Below, one piece after another: positions 35,673 through 45,150 of a stretch of DNA of 64,000 nucleotides. The first letter of the stretch is position 1, and every line of letters starts with the position of its first letter. The position numbers and the translations under genes are program-made. Origin of the DNA: Caecitellus pseudoparvulus. Lineage: Eukaryota > Protista > Bigyra: Bicosoecida. The DNA lies in assembly GCA_965644315.1 (NCBI GenBank), contig CBFFRQ010000068.1:868001-932000 (forward strand), written 5' to 3'. The notes under the pieces were generated by a model. It did not search any database. It was not told where the DNA came from and saw only the letters and a list, made by a program, of their open reading frames with translations.

Positions 35673-38600
35673 TCACGTGCCTGGCGCGTACAGCCGAACG
35701 ATGCCGTCCAGAGAGGCAGTGGCCAGTCGAGGCACGTGAGGGTTGAATGCAACGCCGCGCACACTGTCTTTTGCGCCTCTGTGCTTGTGCACAAAGGCGC
35801 CTGAGCAATCAGTCGCGCCCGTCACAGCGCCACGAATGTCGTACATGTACGCAGAGTTGTCGTCACTACCCAGAGCTGCCAGCATGCCACAGGGTGAGAT
35901 GGCGACCCCGCACCCGGGGCTGGAAGCACGGTGCAGATGGCCACTCAGACTGGCCACTGGCACAGTGTTGCTGCCCGCCGAGCAGCGCATGTCCCACACC
36001 AAGGCTGCACTGCTACCAGCGGTGCCAGCCACTGACCCAGTCGCAGAGGACACAGGCGCAGCAGAGAGCAAGGTGTGGTACGTAGCTGATGGCAAGGACG
36101 CAGCATGAGACGCGCTGGGCAGCGCCAGGGCATGCGCTGCTCTGGGGTGGGCGTGAGGCAGGGTGATCACGACGCGACCCACTGCCAAGTCCACCACGTG
36201 GATGGACTTGTCAGAAGTTGCCACCGCTGCCAGAACTGCCTTCGGCGCGTTCATGGCAGCCATGGCCGTGATGGTGCTGCCTTCTGGTGCCACTTCCACA
36301 TCACAAACCAGCGTGGAGGTGTTCTGTACAGGCGGCCCAGTTGGTGATCCCAGAACAGTTGACATCGCCTCCACGGCAGCTGGCACGCGAAAAGTGTACA
36401 GCAGCAGGCTGCGCCCGGACGCCACACACAGCAGTCTGTCCCCATACGCAAAGGTTGCAGCGCTGACGCTGGCTGGGGGTGTCACCGTGAGGAGCGGGAC
36501 TTCCGAAGCTGCTCCCCACAAGTGCACTGCCTCACCGCCCACCCCCCACCCTGCCAGCAGCGACACTGCGCCACTGGCTGAGACCCCAACCCCCCGTCGA
36601 CGAGATGGAATGAGAGGAGCGCTGGTCCCTGCAGCTTGCCTCAACGTCCGCGGCGCCGCTGCAGGGAAGCTCGTGTGGCTCCACGCCACCCCTGTCGGCT
36701 TGCTGAAACCCGTGCGGTACACACGCACGCTGCCCTGCGAAACGCCGAGAGTAGCGGCCAACGAGTCCCCCCGCATGGCTGCCGCACGCCATGCGCCCGG
36801 CATGGACACTGTTCCCACACTGCCATCCACGAACCCGACAGCCAGTGCGTTTCCAGAACTTGCCCAAGCAACGGCGCAGTGCCCAATGCCTCGGGGAACG
36901 CTGCGCGCTGTCGCGTAAATGCCGCCACGACCAGCTGCAGCGGGCGCTTGGCTGGCTGCCTGGGGCTCCAATCGAAGCCCAGACACCGCTTGGCAGCCCC
37001 CTTCATCAGTCACTACAAGGGGGGGGGTGCTGGGGGGGTATGGCGTGGCAGCCAGCGTGGCCGGTGCCCGGCGCCCTCGGGACGGGGGTGCCGCGCGGTC
37101 TGCCCCAAACAGCGCCCTGGGCTTGACAGACCCATACCCTGATGATTGCACTCGTCTACCCCCCCTGGAAGGTGCCCGTGCAGCTCCTGACGTGGAGGCC
37201 GCCCCCCCCACAGCTCGCTCCAGCCACGTGCCAGAGACCTGCTCCTGGCTCGGGAACAGGCTCAGCGGAGCACTGGGCTCCCGGGAACCCGCGTCGCCGG
37301 GGGTGTGCTGTGTGGGGCTGGGCTGCAACCAGGCAGGGAGCGTCGGGTCCACGTCCTCTGCGCTTGCACTGCACAACGCTGCCCTGGTGGAACCGGCAGG
37401 CACCCACGGCAAGGCTGGCGGGTCAGCGGGCCGCAACATGCACACCGCGTCCAGGGTCGGTGTTCCTGCGGAGGCCAAGTAGAGCCGTCCATCCTTCAAG
37501 ACCTCTGCAGCGGCTATCAGAGGCGCCACGCTGGTGTCCAGCGTCGCTTGGGCTGCAGGGTCGGGGTGTACGAGGTCGGAATTTGCGGCTGCAAACATCG
37601 GGCGCCACGTAGTGGGGGACAGCAACACCGTGAAGTGAGCCATCACAACACACACAACTGCAAGTGGCTGGGCAAGGGGTGCGGCGCTCGCGGGTGGCAG
37701 GGGCTCCACCGCCTCTGCCTCGCCAGCACCGAACAGCGCAGCACCCGCCACTGCCCATGCTGGGAGTGCCTCTGTTTCCGACGCCAATGCGTGCAGTGGC
37801 TTCTGCGCAGCAGCACTGGCGCGAGGCGAGCCGCCCCAGCGCCCTTCTAGCACGCTGTCGTCGCCGCTTGACGAACCGCTCCGTGGCCGTGCAACTGGCA
37901 ACTGCACTCGCCGCACCACCAGCACAGCACAACCAGTGTCGGGCACGTCCCCACGGCCAGGTGGTGTGGGCGGAGGCGTCTCGTGCAGGGGAGAAGCCAC
38001 CACTGCTCGATCATCCCAGGCCGGCCGCTGGGCAGGCTGGACTCGCGCTCGGTGCCTGCGAGCGGGCGCTTGGACCCGGGTCGCGCCGCCTGCCTCGCCG
38101 CCCACACCCGAGCTGTGTTCCGCCTGCGGAAACAACTTGCGCAGGAAGGGCGCGCAGCGCACAGCATGCAGCAACAGCAGCTTCCGGCGAGATGCATCCT
38201 TGGGATGGGCAGCAGGGGCCAGCTGCAAGATGAAGACCCGCCCGCCCTCTGACCCCGCGGCGAAAGTGGGTGCCTCGCCAGCCCGCAGCTGGTGCAGGGA
38301 CACAAGCGGGGCCTTGCACAGCACGCCCGAGTCGTGCTCGCAGGAGGCTGCCGCCAGGTTCCACAGGCGCACGGAGCGGTCCTCCCCAGCGGACAGCAAG
38401 CGGCTGGCAAAGGCAGGCGGCGACTCTGGTGTCAGGGAGGGGAACCGCGCGGCCACCACCTGCCCGGTGTGCCCCTGCAGCACCATGAGGTTCTTGTCAT
38501 GGCGGTAGTCGCCGATGATGACGTCAGCGCCCACGCCGACAGCTAGCACTCGGCCTGTGCTGTCAAAGGCCAGGGATGTCGGCAGACCGCTAATGCCCGA

Positions 38601-38963
38601 TGTCAGGTACTGCACGCCGCTGTGGGCTTCCTCATCCAAGTCCACCACAGCTACCATGCCATCACACCCTACCGCGAGCAGTGGGTGGTCAGTGGGTGCA
38701 AATGCACCACATGTTGCACATGAAGCACCCTGGATCTCAAGAACTCTCAATGGCTGCGCAAGTGGCAGGTCGCCTTGACACCGGCGTTTCGCATGAGTTT
38801 CACATCGCCAACTCGCAAACCTCACAGCTGAGAAGTTCTGACGGGAAAAAAGAGCAACCTGAACAGGCTCTGACCGCAGCAGCACTGCGAGTAGGTCTCC
38901 GTCACTCCAGCTCGTCACGAAGGACGCTGGGGCCTGGAGCGCCACCTGCTGGGCACCGGACAT
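35673..38963 (-). CDS. WDR27: WD40-repeat protein, WDR27-like
   Basis: N- and C-terminal WD40 clusters (LQGHTGQV..SAGEDRSVRLWN; GH..CGVAISPCG..GSDDNSAYMYD..DSVRGVAFNP..LATASLDG) and a central SSGY motif, matching the WDR27 layout as I recall it. Confidence 0.75.
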   Translation of the reverse strand: MSGAQQVALQAPASFVTSWSDGDLLAVLLRSEPVQVALFSRQNFSAVRFASWRCETHAKRRCQGDLPLAQPLRVLEIQGASCATCGAFAPTDHPLLAVGCDGMVAVVDLDEEAHSGVQYLTSGISGLPTSLAFDSTGRVLAVGVGADVIIGDYRHDKNLMVLQGHTGQVVAARFPSLTPESPPAFASRLLSAGEDRSVRLWNLAAASCEHDSGVLCKAPLVSLHQLRAGEAPTFAAGSEGGRVFILQLAPAAHPKDASRRKLLLLHAVRCAPFLRKLFPQAEHSSGVGGEAGGATRVQAPARRHRARVQPAQRPAWDDRAVVASPLHETPPPTPPGRGDVPDTGCAVLVVRRVQLPVARPRSGSSSGDDSVLEGRWGGSPRASAAAQKPLHALASETEALPAWAVAGAALFGAGEAEAVEPLPPASAAPLAQPLAVVCVVMAHFTVLLSPTTWRPMFAAANSDLVHPDPAAQATLDTSVAPLIAAAEVLKDGRLYLASAGTPTLDAVCMLRPADPPALPWVPAGSTRAALCSASAEDVDPTLPAWLQPSPTQHTPGDAGSREPSAPLSLFPSQEQVSGTWLERAVGGAASTSGAARAPSRGGRRVQSSGYGSVKPRALFGADRAAPPSRGRRAPATLAATPYPPSTPPLVVTDEGGCQAVSGLRLEPQAASQAPAAAGRGGIYATARSVPRGIGHCAVAWASSGNALAVGFVDGSVGTVSMPGAWRAAAMRGDSLAATLGVSQGSVRVYRTGFSKPTGVAWSHTSFPAAAPRTLRQAAGTSAPLIPSRRRGVGVSASGAVSLLAGWGVGGEAVHLWGAASEVPLLTVTPPASVSAATFAYGDRLLCVASGRSLLLYTFRVPAAVEAMSTVLGSPTGPPVQNTSTLVCDVEVAPEGSTITAMAAMNAPKAVLAAVATSDKSIHVVDLAVGRVVITLPHAHPRAAHALALPSASHAASLPSATYHTLLSAAPVSSATGSVAGTAGSSAALVWDMRCSAGSNTVPVASLSGHLHRASSPGCGVAISPCGMLAALGSDDNSAYMYDIRGAVTGATDCSGAFVHKHRGAKDSVRGVAFNPHVPRLATASLDGIVRLYAPGT

Positions 38964-39134
38964 CTGCTGTCACTTCAGCCGCATCGAAGACAGAAGCTGG
39001 TGCGAGACACATCCCAGCATCTCCAGCCCTTGGAGTGCCTGTATCACGGTCGGTGCGATGCATCAATTTTGGTAACGAGGCATCCGTGTGCCACCCCAAA
39101 GCCTTCAGGCTGTGCAGTGTTCCAATTTCCGCAC

Positions 39135-40853
39135 ATGGAGGAGGCCAGGGACTCCCCCACGCCCCCGCCACTGCCGGTGGACTGGGCAATGTTCCCAGCT
39201 TCCAAGCACATCACTGACCTCTCGTCTTTGCCTCTTGCCATGCCTTGCGATGGCGACACAGAGTTCATCGTGACCTCAAAAGCGGACGGGGCTCGCACGG
39301 CGCTTGCCGAGCTGGAGCAACAAGTGTCACTGCCCCTACTTGGAACCTTCTGCAACGGTACAGTTCATGCTGAGGTACTCGTAGTACCTGCCAAGGGGGT
39401 GGGCCTGCCCTACAGGCGCTTTGTGGGCGTGTTTCACAACGCAGCTGCTGCCGGGCGGGAGGCTGCTCAGACCGCCGCTCAGTTGGGCGTTTTCTGGGCT
39501 GCAATTGCCAATCCTGCCTTATTGGAGGAGGGTCACGCCCGCCAGTCTGAGAAGATCGCCAGGGCACGGGTGCTTGCTGCTGCTGCAGCTTCCGCTATGC
39601 CAGGCGCGCAGGCATTACTGCCACTGCAACCTTGCGCAACTTCCCCTGCTGCAACGCAGCAAACTGGCATTTCAGCACCTTCTGGCTCCGGAACCGTGCA
39701 AGCCTTGTTGTCTCAAGCGCAGGCATCCACTGTGATTGCTGCTTCTCCAGCCCGTGGACCTGTGGCTGCCGCCAGCAGCACCCCCGGCACAGCATCCACA
39801 CAAGCCACTGCTGACAAGAAGGCCGCTGCTGCCGCCGCCGCTGAGAAGAAGGCAGCTGCTGCCGCTGCCGCTGAGAAGAAGGCCGCTGAGAAGAAGGCCG
39901 CTGCTGCTGCCGCCGCTGAGAAGAAGGCTGCTGAGAAGAAGGCCGCTGCTGCTGCCGCCGCTGAGAAGAAGGCTGCCGAGAAGAAGGCCGCTGCTGCCGC
40001 TGCCGCTGAGAAGAAGGCTGCTGAGAAGAAGGCCGCTGCTGCCGCTGCCGCTGAGAAGAAGGCTGCCGAGAAGAAGGCCGCTGCTGCCGCTGCCGCTGAG
40101 AAGAAGGCTGGGCTTCCCCAGGCCAGTACTGAGCAAGGCAAGAGCAAATCAGCCAAAGATGCTTCTGAGACCTCGAAAGCCGGTAGCCAGTCCCAGTCGG
40201 GCAGCTCTTCCGGCAGCAGCTCTGACTCGGGCAGCAGCAGTGGGTCGGGCAGTGACTCTGGCACTGACTCTGGCAGTGACTCTGCCTCGGGCAGCAGCAG
40301 TGGCTCCAGTAGCGGCTCCGGCAGTGATTCAGACAGTGCCAGCAGTAGTGAAGATGAGGCTGCGCCAGCGCCAGCACCGGCGGCGAAGCGGCGCAGGGCA
40401 GGGCAGAGGGCTGCCGCACCACCCCGAGTCAGCACTGGCTCTGCTGCCATGGGGATGGAGGCGCTGCTGAGTCTGGCCAGCCCCTCCGGAGTGGCCCGGG
40501 CATCTCCAGTGGCAGAGTCTCAAGATGAAGGCGGTGCAGCCCACCAGCGCCCGCGCAAGGTGAGCTTTGTTGAAGAGGAGGAGGCTGCTCAGAGGAGCAG
40601 CAGCACGTCAGTCAGTGGGAGTCCGGGGAAACGCACCCGTGGCCGTTCCTCTGCAGCCCGAAAGAAGGCTGGACGCTTGTCAATGGGAAGTACCGGGAGT
40701 GCAGATGATGGTGCTTGGGACAAGAAGGGGCGCCCGAGCTTCTCAGGTGAGGACGCAGCGGTGCTGGGCGTTGGCCAGCTTTTGAGCAGTCAGAGCAACC
40801 CAAGCAGGACGGCGCGCGGGACAAAGCGCGCTCGCGTCCAAAACAAGGAGTGA
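39135..40853 (+). CDS. Hypothetical nuclear protein: possible degenerate AP2-like domain, AEKK/poly-Ala repeat, Ser-rich and basic regions
   Basis: Long ORF (39000..40853). The probable start is MEEARDSP at 39135. Coding-like repeat, NLS-like AKRRR and TKRAR. Function unknown. Confidence 0.6.
   Translation: MEEARDSPTPPPLPVDWAMFPASKHITDLSSLPLAMPCDGDTEFIVTSKADGARTALAELEQQVSLPLLGTFCNGTVHAEVLVVPAKGVGLPYRRFVGVFHNAAAAGREAAQTAAQLGVFWAAIANPALLEEGHARQSEKIARARVLAAAAASAMPGAQALLPLQPCATSPAATQQTGISAPSGSGTVQALLSQAQASTVIAASPARGPVAAASSTPGTASTQATADKKAAAAAAAEKKAAAAAAAEKKAAEKKAAAAAAAEKKAAEKKAAAAAAAEKKAAEKKAAAAAAAEKKAAEKKAAAAAAAEKKAAEKKAAAAAAAEKKAGLPQASTEQGKSKSAKDASETSKAGSQSQSGSSSGSSSDSGSSSGSGSDSGTDSGSDSASGSSSGSSSGSGSDSDSASSSEDEAAPAPAPAAKRRRAGQRAAAPPRVSTGSAAMGMEALLSLASPSGVARASPVAESQDEGGAAHQRPRKVSFVEEEEAAQRSSSTSVSGSPGKRTRGRSSAARKKAGRLSMGSTGSADDGAWDKKGRPSFSGEDAAVLGVGQLLSSQSNPSRTARGTKRARVQNKE
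39810..40109 (+). repeat. Coding minisatellite: two 30-bp plus five 45-bp units encoding AAEKKAAAAAAAEKK
   Basis: Directly visible GAGAAGAAGGC(C/T)GC.. tandem array; the 45-bp units differ only at synonymous positions. Confidence 0.95.
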
Positions 40854-40997
40854 GGGCCCAGCTCAATGCAGCCCCCGTGCACGTGCTGTTGCAGGGCCTG
40901 GCCGTATCACCTCGGCTGGTGGCAGGGGAAGCGCTTGGCATGTGGCTCTCCAAGGGCAGCACCTGCGCTCAAATTCCGCCACAACCTCTCACTGAAG

Positions 40998-43900
40998 ATG
41001 AAGCGGACCGCTCAGAGGTCGCGCACGAAGTGGGGAGCGCTTCCACCTCTAAAGTTCCACCAGTGCTTTGAGCAGGGTGACTTTGTGCTGGCACGATCCG
41101 CTGGCGTGTACTGGCCGGCACAAGTCGTGGACAACCAGCAGGGCCTGAGCGGCGAGGATGCAAGCCGTGGCACGCCGGCAGCCAACCGGAGTTTTCAAGA
41201 TGCAATCACGTGGTGGGGAACTCAAACCCATCAACTATACTGTGTGTCTTTCATGTACGGCTCCGGTGCCACCGACTGGGGTAAGTTGGCGTTGGGCGTT
41301 GAGTCTGAGAGACTCAACGCACTACACTTTGCCTGCGCCTGCACACAGACTTTGTCGGCCCTTGGGATGTCCTCCCACTCACAAAGGATCACATTCAAGC
41401 TGTTCGTGGGGACGTTCAGCGGCTTGGTGCAAAGTGGGGAGGGCTGCGTGGCTTCGAAGAAGCTTTGGCCCGCCTGTGTAGGCTGGCCTCTAACAACGAG
41501 TCCAGCACCGAGCTGCCCCGCCCGCCGAACTATTCTGGCATCACAACGCTGATAGGCTCCCGAACGCCGTGGGGTGGCACCTTCGCGGCGTTGGCGGGGG
41601 GTGTTCCCGTGGGCGCCGGCTCGTGGTGGCTGCCGCGGCACGTGTGTGTCGTGAAGCCCCCACATCACGGCCAGCCCCCTACCATGCACACAGAGGCGCT
41701 TTACGTACACTGTGCCTTGATGGGGCCAGAAGAACCTATCGTCATCGCATCCCGAGTGCAGCTGGTGGCTGAGCACAGGGTGGCGTCCGGCCCCATGCTG
41801 TGGCGGGGGGTGGGGCTGGTAGGAGGGGGCGGCGGCGTCGGCGCGCACTTCTTTGTGTGCAAGCCCTCTGCCCTGCTGGCCAGCCACATGGACTGCACAA
41901 ACTTCGCAGTGAACAGCACGACACGTCGTGGGGCCAGCCTGGCAACGGGCAGCCTCAGCCACCTGGCCATCGCATACGTCCCCCAGACCTTTCACACGCG
42001 TGTGCAGCGCAGCACAGTCGTAGCAGGCACAGTGCCTCCACTCGCCATGGCTGCCATGCCTGTGCAGCCCACCGGTCACACCCACCGTGTGACCCTGGAG
42101 GCACTGGTGGCCGTGCAGGCGCACCCTGATCAGACTTGCTTGCTGTGTGGGCACAAGGAGCCACACAAGTTTCGCAAGCCCACCGAAGGCATGATCAGCG
42201 CCGGGCCGCTGCTGGCATTCATCCGGGGATGCGATGAAGGCCACGCAAGAATTGCGGGGCTGCAGGCAGCAGACGTGTGCTTTGACCCCGCCAGCTTGCA
42301 CGGCGTGAGCAAGATGCAGCCCCACAAGGACATGCTGGCGGATGTGCCGAACCTGGTCATTCCCCCTGACAAGGTCACCGTGCCTGAGCGGGTGTTTCAG
42401 TCGCTTGTCTGGGTCCACTCTATGTGCTTGCACACTGGCCTTGCCCGGGCCAAAGACCTCACCCCCGCAGGGGGCACGTGCAATGTCCTGACGTGGATTG
42501 AGTCTCACGGGGACAAGTTCGTGGCATGCTTCGACGGCCTGCCCCACCGTCCTCTGGCCATGGTGGCGTGTGGCCGGGACCAGTGCACATGCTCGTACCA
42601 TTTCACTGACTTGATGCAACATGGGTGGCCAAAACAGTGCGCAGGGCACGTGCAGCGGCCCAGCCAGCTGGAGCTGATGTCCCCGCCCGTCATTCACCTG
42701 CTCGTGCAAGGGCGGCGAGGGCTGACCGTAAACCCCACTGCCTGCCAAAGCGGGAAGACCATGGTGGTGCATGGCTGGGTGGTGGGCTTCCATGCCCCCT
42801 CTTGTACCCACACTGTGCTGCTGGACCGGCATCCCCGGCAATCCGAGCCTGGCGCCTGCATTGCAGTGGTGTCTCCCGGACACCAGCCGGCTCCCCCGCC
42901 CAAGGGCCAGGCCCCCAGCTACACCAACATGCCGCTGCATGGCGCCGAAGACATTGGCCGCAACGTATCCTTGCTCGTGGAGCACGACGACGACTGCGTT
43001 AGGGTTCTGAGGCTTCCCGCTGGCGACTTGCCAGAGGGCACATGGCCAGCCTGGGCCCGCGCGCCGGTCCCTTCCTTGCACTCCGAGCATGCCACGGGTG
43101 ACGCGGCGTCGGCCCCAGCCGTGACGGTGTCCACAACTGTGGGCCGGCGCAGGCGGACTCGGGGCTCTGACTCCACACCCCCGTCGATTTCTGGGCTCAA
43201 GCGTTGCCTGGGTGCGATGCGGAAGCTCCAAAGCCCAGCCGACTTGCCCAGCAACGCCGCCAACTGCCCTGACCTGGACCCGGCGGTGCTGCTGCCTGTG
43301 GAAGGGGGGGACCTTGCCCAGCGGGTCAAAGAGGCAGCTCGAGCACCGGACCCGCAGGCAGGCAACGTGCGAGATGTGTACTACGAAGTGCTTGGTCTGG
43401 ACCCCCTCCTGGGTCGCCGGCTTCAGTGGTCGCCGCTCCCTCCAGTCCACACGCAGGTGGAGGCGCTGCGGCACTTTCTCGCCCGGGTTTTCGCGGCAGC
43501 GCAGCGCCCGCCTCCCCTCTTGACTGCCGTGCCGGAGGCCGGCAAGAAGCAAGGGCGGCGCCGATATCGGAAGGGTCGGGAGCCGACCCATCGCAGCATC
43601 CAGTCTCGCCTGCAGGCTGCGCCTGCACCGCAGGCGATTCGTGGCACGAAGCGGAGCCGGGTGGGTGGGGAGCAACCTGCACCCCCTGCGCCTGTGACTG
43701 CGCCCGACACCGTCGCGTCAATGCTGCCCGTCCCCCGCGTCCCGCCCCCGCCTGCCAAGCCCCTGCAGCGATTGGATCCCATTCCGCACGTTCCTTGTGC
43801 AGGAGACGACCCTCCCCGCACGCTCGCTCTTTCCGTCCTGTACGCATCACCCCGCACCATCTGCTTGCGACGCATGCCCTCGCATGCGCTAGCCGGCGCT

Positions 43901-44287
43901 GCCACGGGTGCTAGCCCCCACCACCCGGCTGCCAGGGCCATGGCAGAGACCCTGATGCCGCAGGAGGGCCCTGACAATGTTGGAGGGACCCTGCCTCCGA
44001 CTGTTGCTGCCGTGGTCGGGAACATGGGCAGTGTTCACGCCCAGGCGCTGGTTCTGGGCAGGGCCACCTTGCGCGGGCCCGCCGCAGCTCCCAGCCTCAC
44101 AATCAGCCAGAGCATTTGGCTGGGCGGTAGCATAATGCGAGGGCGGGGCCGAGGCTCACTTGATGTAGCCCAGGTGGAAGACAAGGGCCCTCCTGTAGCT
44201 AGTGGTAGCGGCGACGCGCACATCACGCCACGTGCGGACCCAGCCAGCACCGCCGACAACGGCTGGGCACAACTCCTGGGGCAGTGA
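40998..44287 (+). CDS. PWWP + degenerate extended-PHD chromatin-reader-like protein, ~1,073 aa. join(40998..41280,41349..44287)
   Basis: FEQGDFVLARSAGVYWPAQVV..LYCVSFMYG is PWWP-like. A 68-nt GTAAGT..CACAG intron joins ORFs 40866..41552 and 41465..44287 in frame (DWDFVGPWDVLPL..FEEAL). TCLLC..GPLL..WVHSMC..VACGRDQCTCSYHF is ePHD-like. The start codon is uncertain. Confidence 0.7.
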
Positions 44288-44453
44288 CAGCGCCCTGGTA
44301 AATGTAATGCAGCCACTCGCTGAGACGAGCGCTCCATTCCCTTTTATCGGCCCCCTTGTGGCACAGCCCTGCACAGCCCTGCTCCTGGTCCACGTGAACT
44401 TCGCAGGGTGCTTGGCACGCTCGCTCCACTTCCAGCTGCGAAAACCGTCTGCC

Positions 44454-45129
44454 ATGGGAGGCACAGAGAGCAAGCCGAACACGCCTGTTGCGGTAGGCAG
44501 CGTAGGTTTTCCGCTGCCTTGGCTGGCACCGTCTGCGCCGCGCACGCTTCCGCTCTGTGGCGCACCCTCCGCAGGAGGCTGCCGTGCCAGTGGCTCAGAT
44601 CAGCGACGCTCAGCTCCAGGCAGCGTAAGTGGTTGCCTGCAGCTCCTGTCCGCCAGCAGCTGCCTGAGACCAACTTTCTGGCAGAATTGAAGTGTCCTCG
44701 CTCGCCACTTCCTCGCAGGGAAGCGGAGTTTTACGCAAAGGTGCGCCTGAGCAGCAGGGCAGCAGAAGCGGAATTCGGTTGGTCTTACCGCCCAGGTCCC
44801 CCCGCACGTCTGCACAGGCACACAAGGAGGGCTACGAGTCTGCGTACGACGCGTTGAGCAAGATGGTTCCCACTCAGGTTCAGTCTCTGCTGGAGGATAA
44901 GCTGTCTGCCGTTGAGGCAGCCCATGCAAAAAAGGTCGAGGCGGCGGTGGAGACAGCAAGCTCCTCCCTCAAGCGAGCCCCCATTCGTGACGCGCCTTGC
45001 TCAGAGGAGCGGGCTCGCGTGGCTGAGTGCTACAAGGCCTCCAGCACCCCGCTCAAGTGCCAAGATGTCGTGCAAGCCTACGCCTCTTGCGCCAAGCAGA
45101 GCTCGCGGCACTTGCTGGAAGGCAGGTGA
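44454..45129 (+). CDS. N-myristoylated twin-CX9C protein, MICOS Mic19/CHCHD3-like, 140 aa. join(44454..44492,44575..44624,44719..44740,44818..45129)
   Basis: MGGTES myristoylation start, three GT-AG introns (82, 94, 77 nt) that keep the frame, a coiled-coil middle and C-terminal CSEERARVAEC..CQDVVQAYASC. Confidence 0.72.
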
Positions 45130-45150
45130 AGGTCTCCTCGAATGCATTGC

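Noticed and set aside
39810-40109. CRISPR array or bacterial TolA
   Set aside because: The repeats are contiguous with no unique spacers and preserve a reading frame. There is no TolA TM anchor or tol-pal context, and the locus is eukaryotic.
41231-43675. 814-aa minus-strand ORF
   Set aside because: Antisense to the PWWP-ePHD gene and has no recognisable domain.
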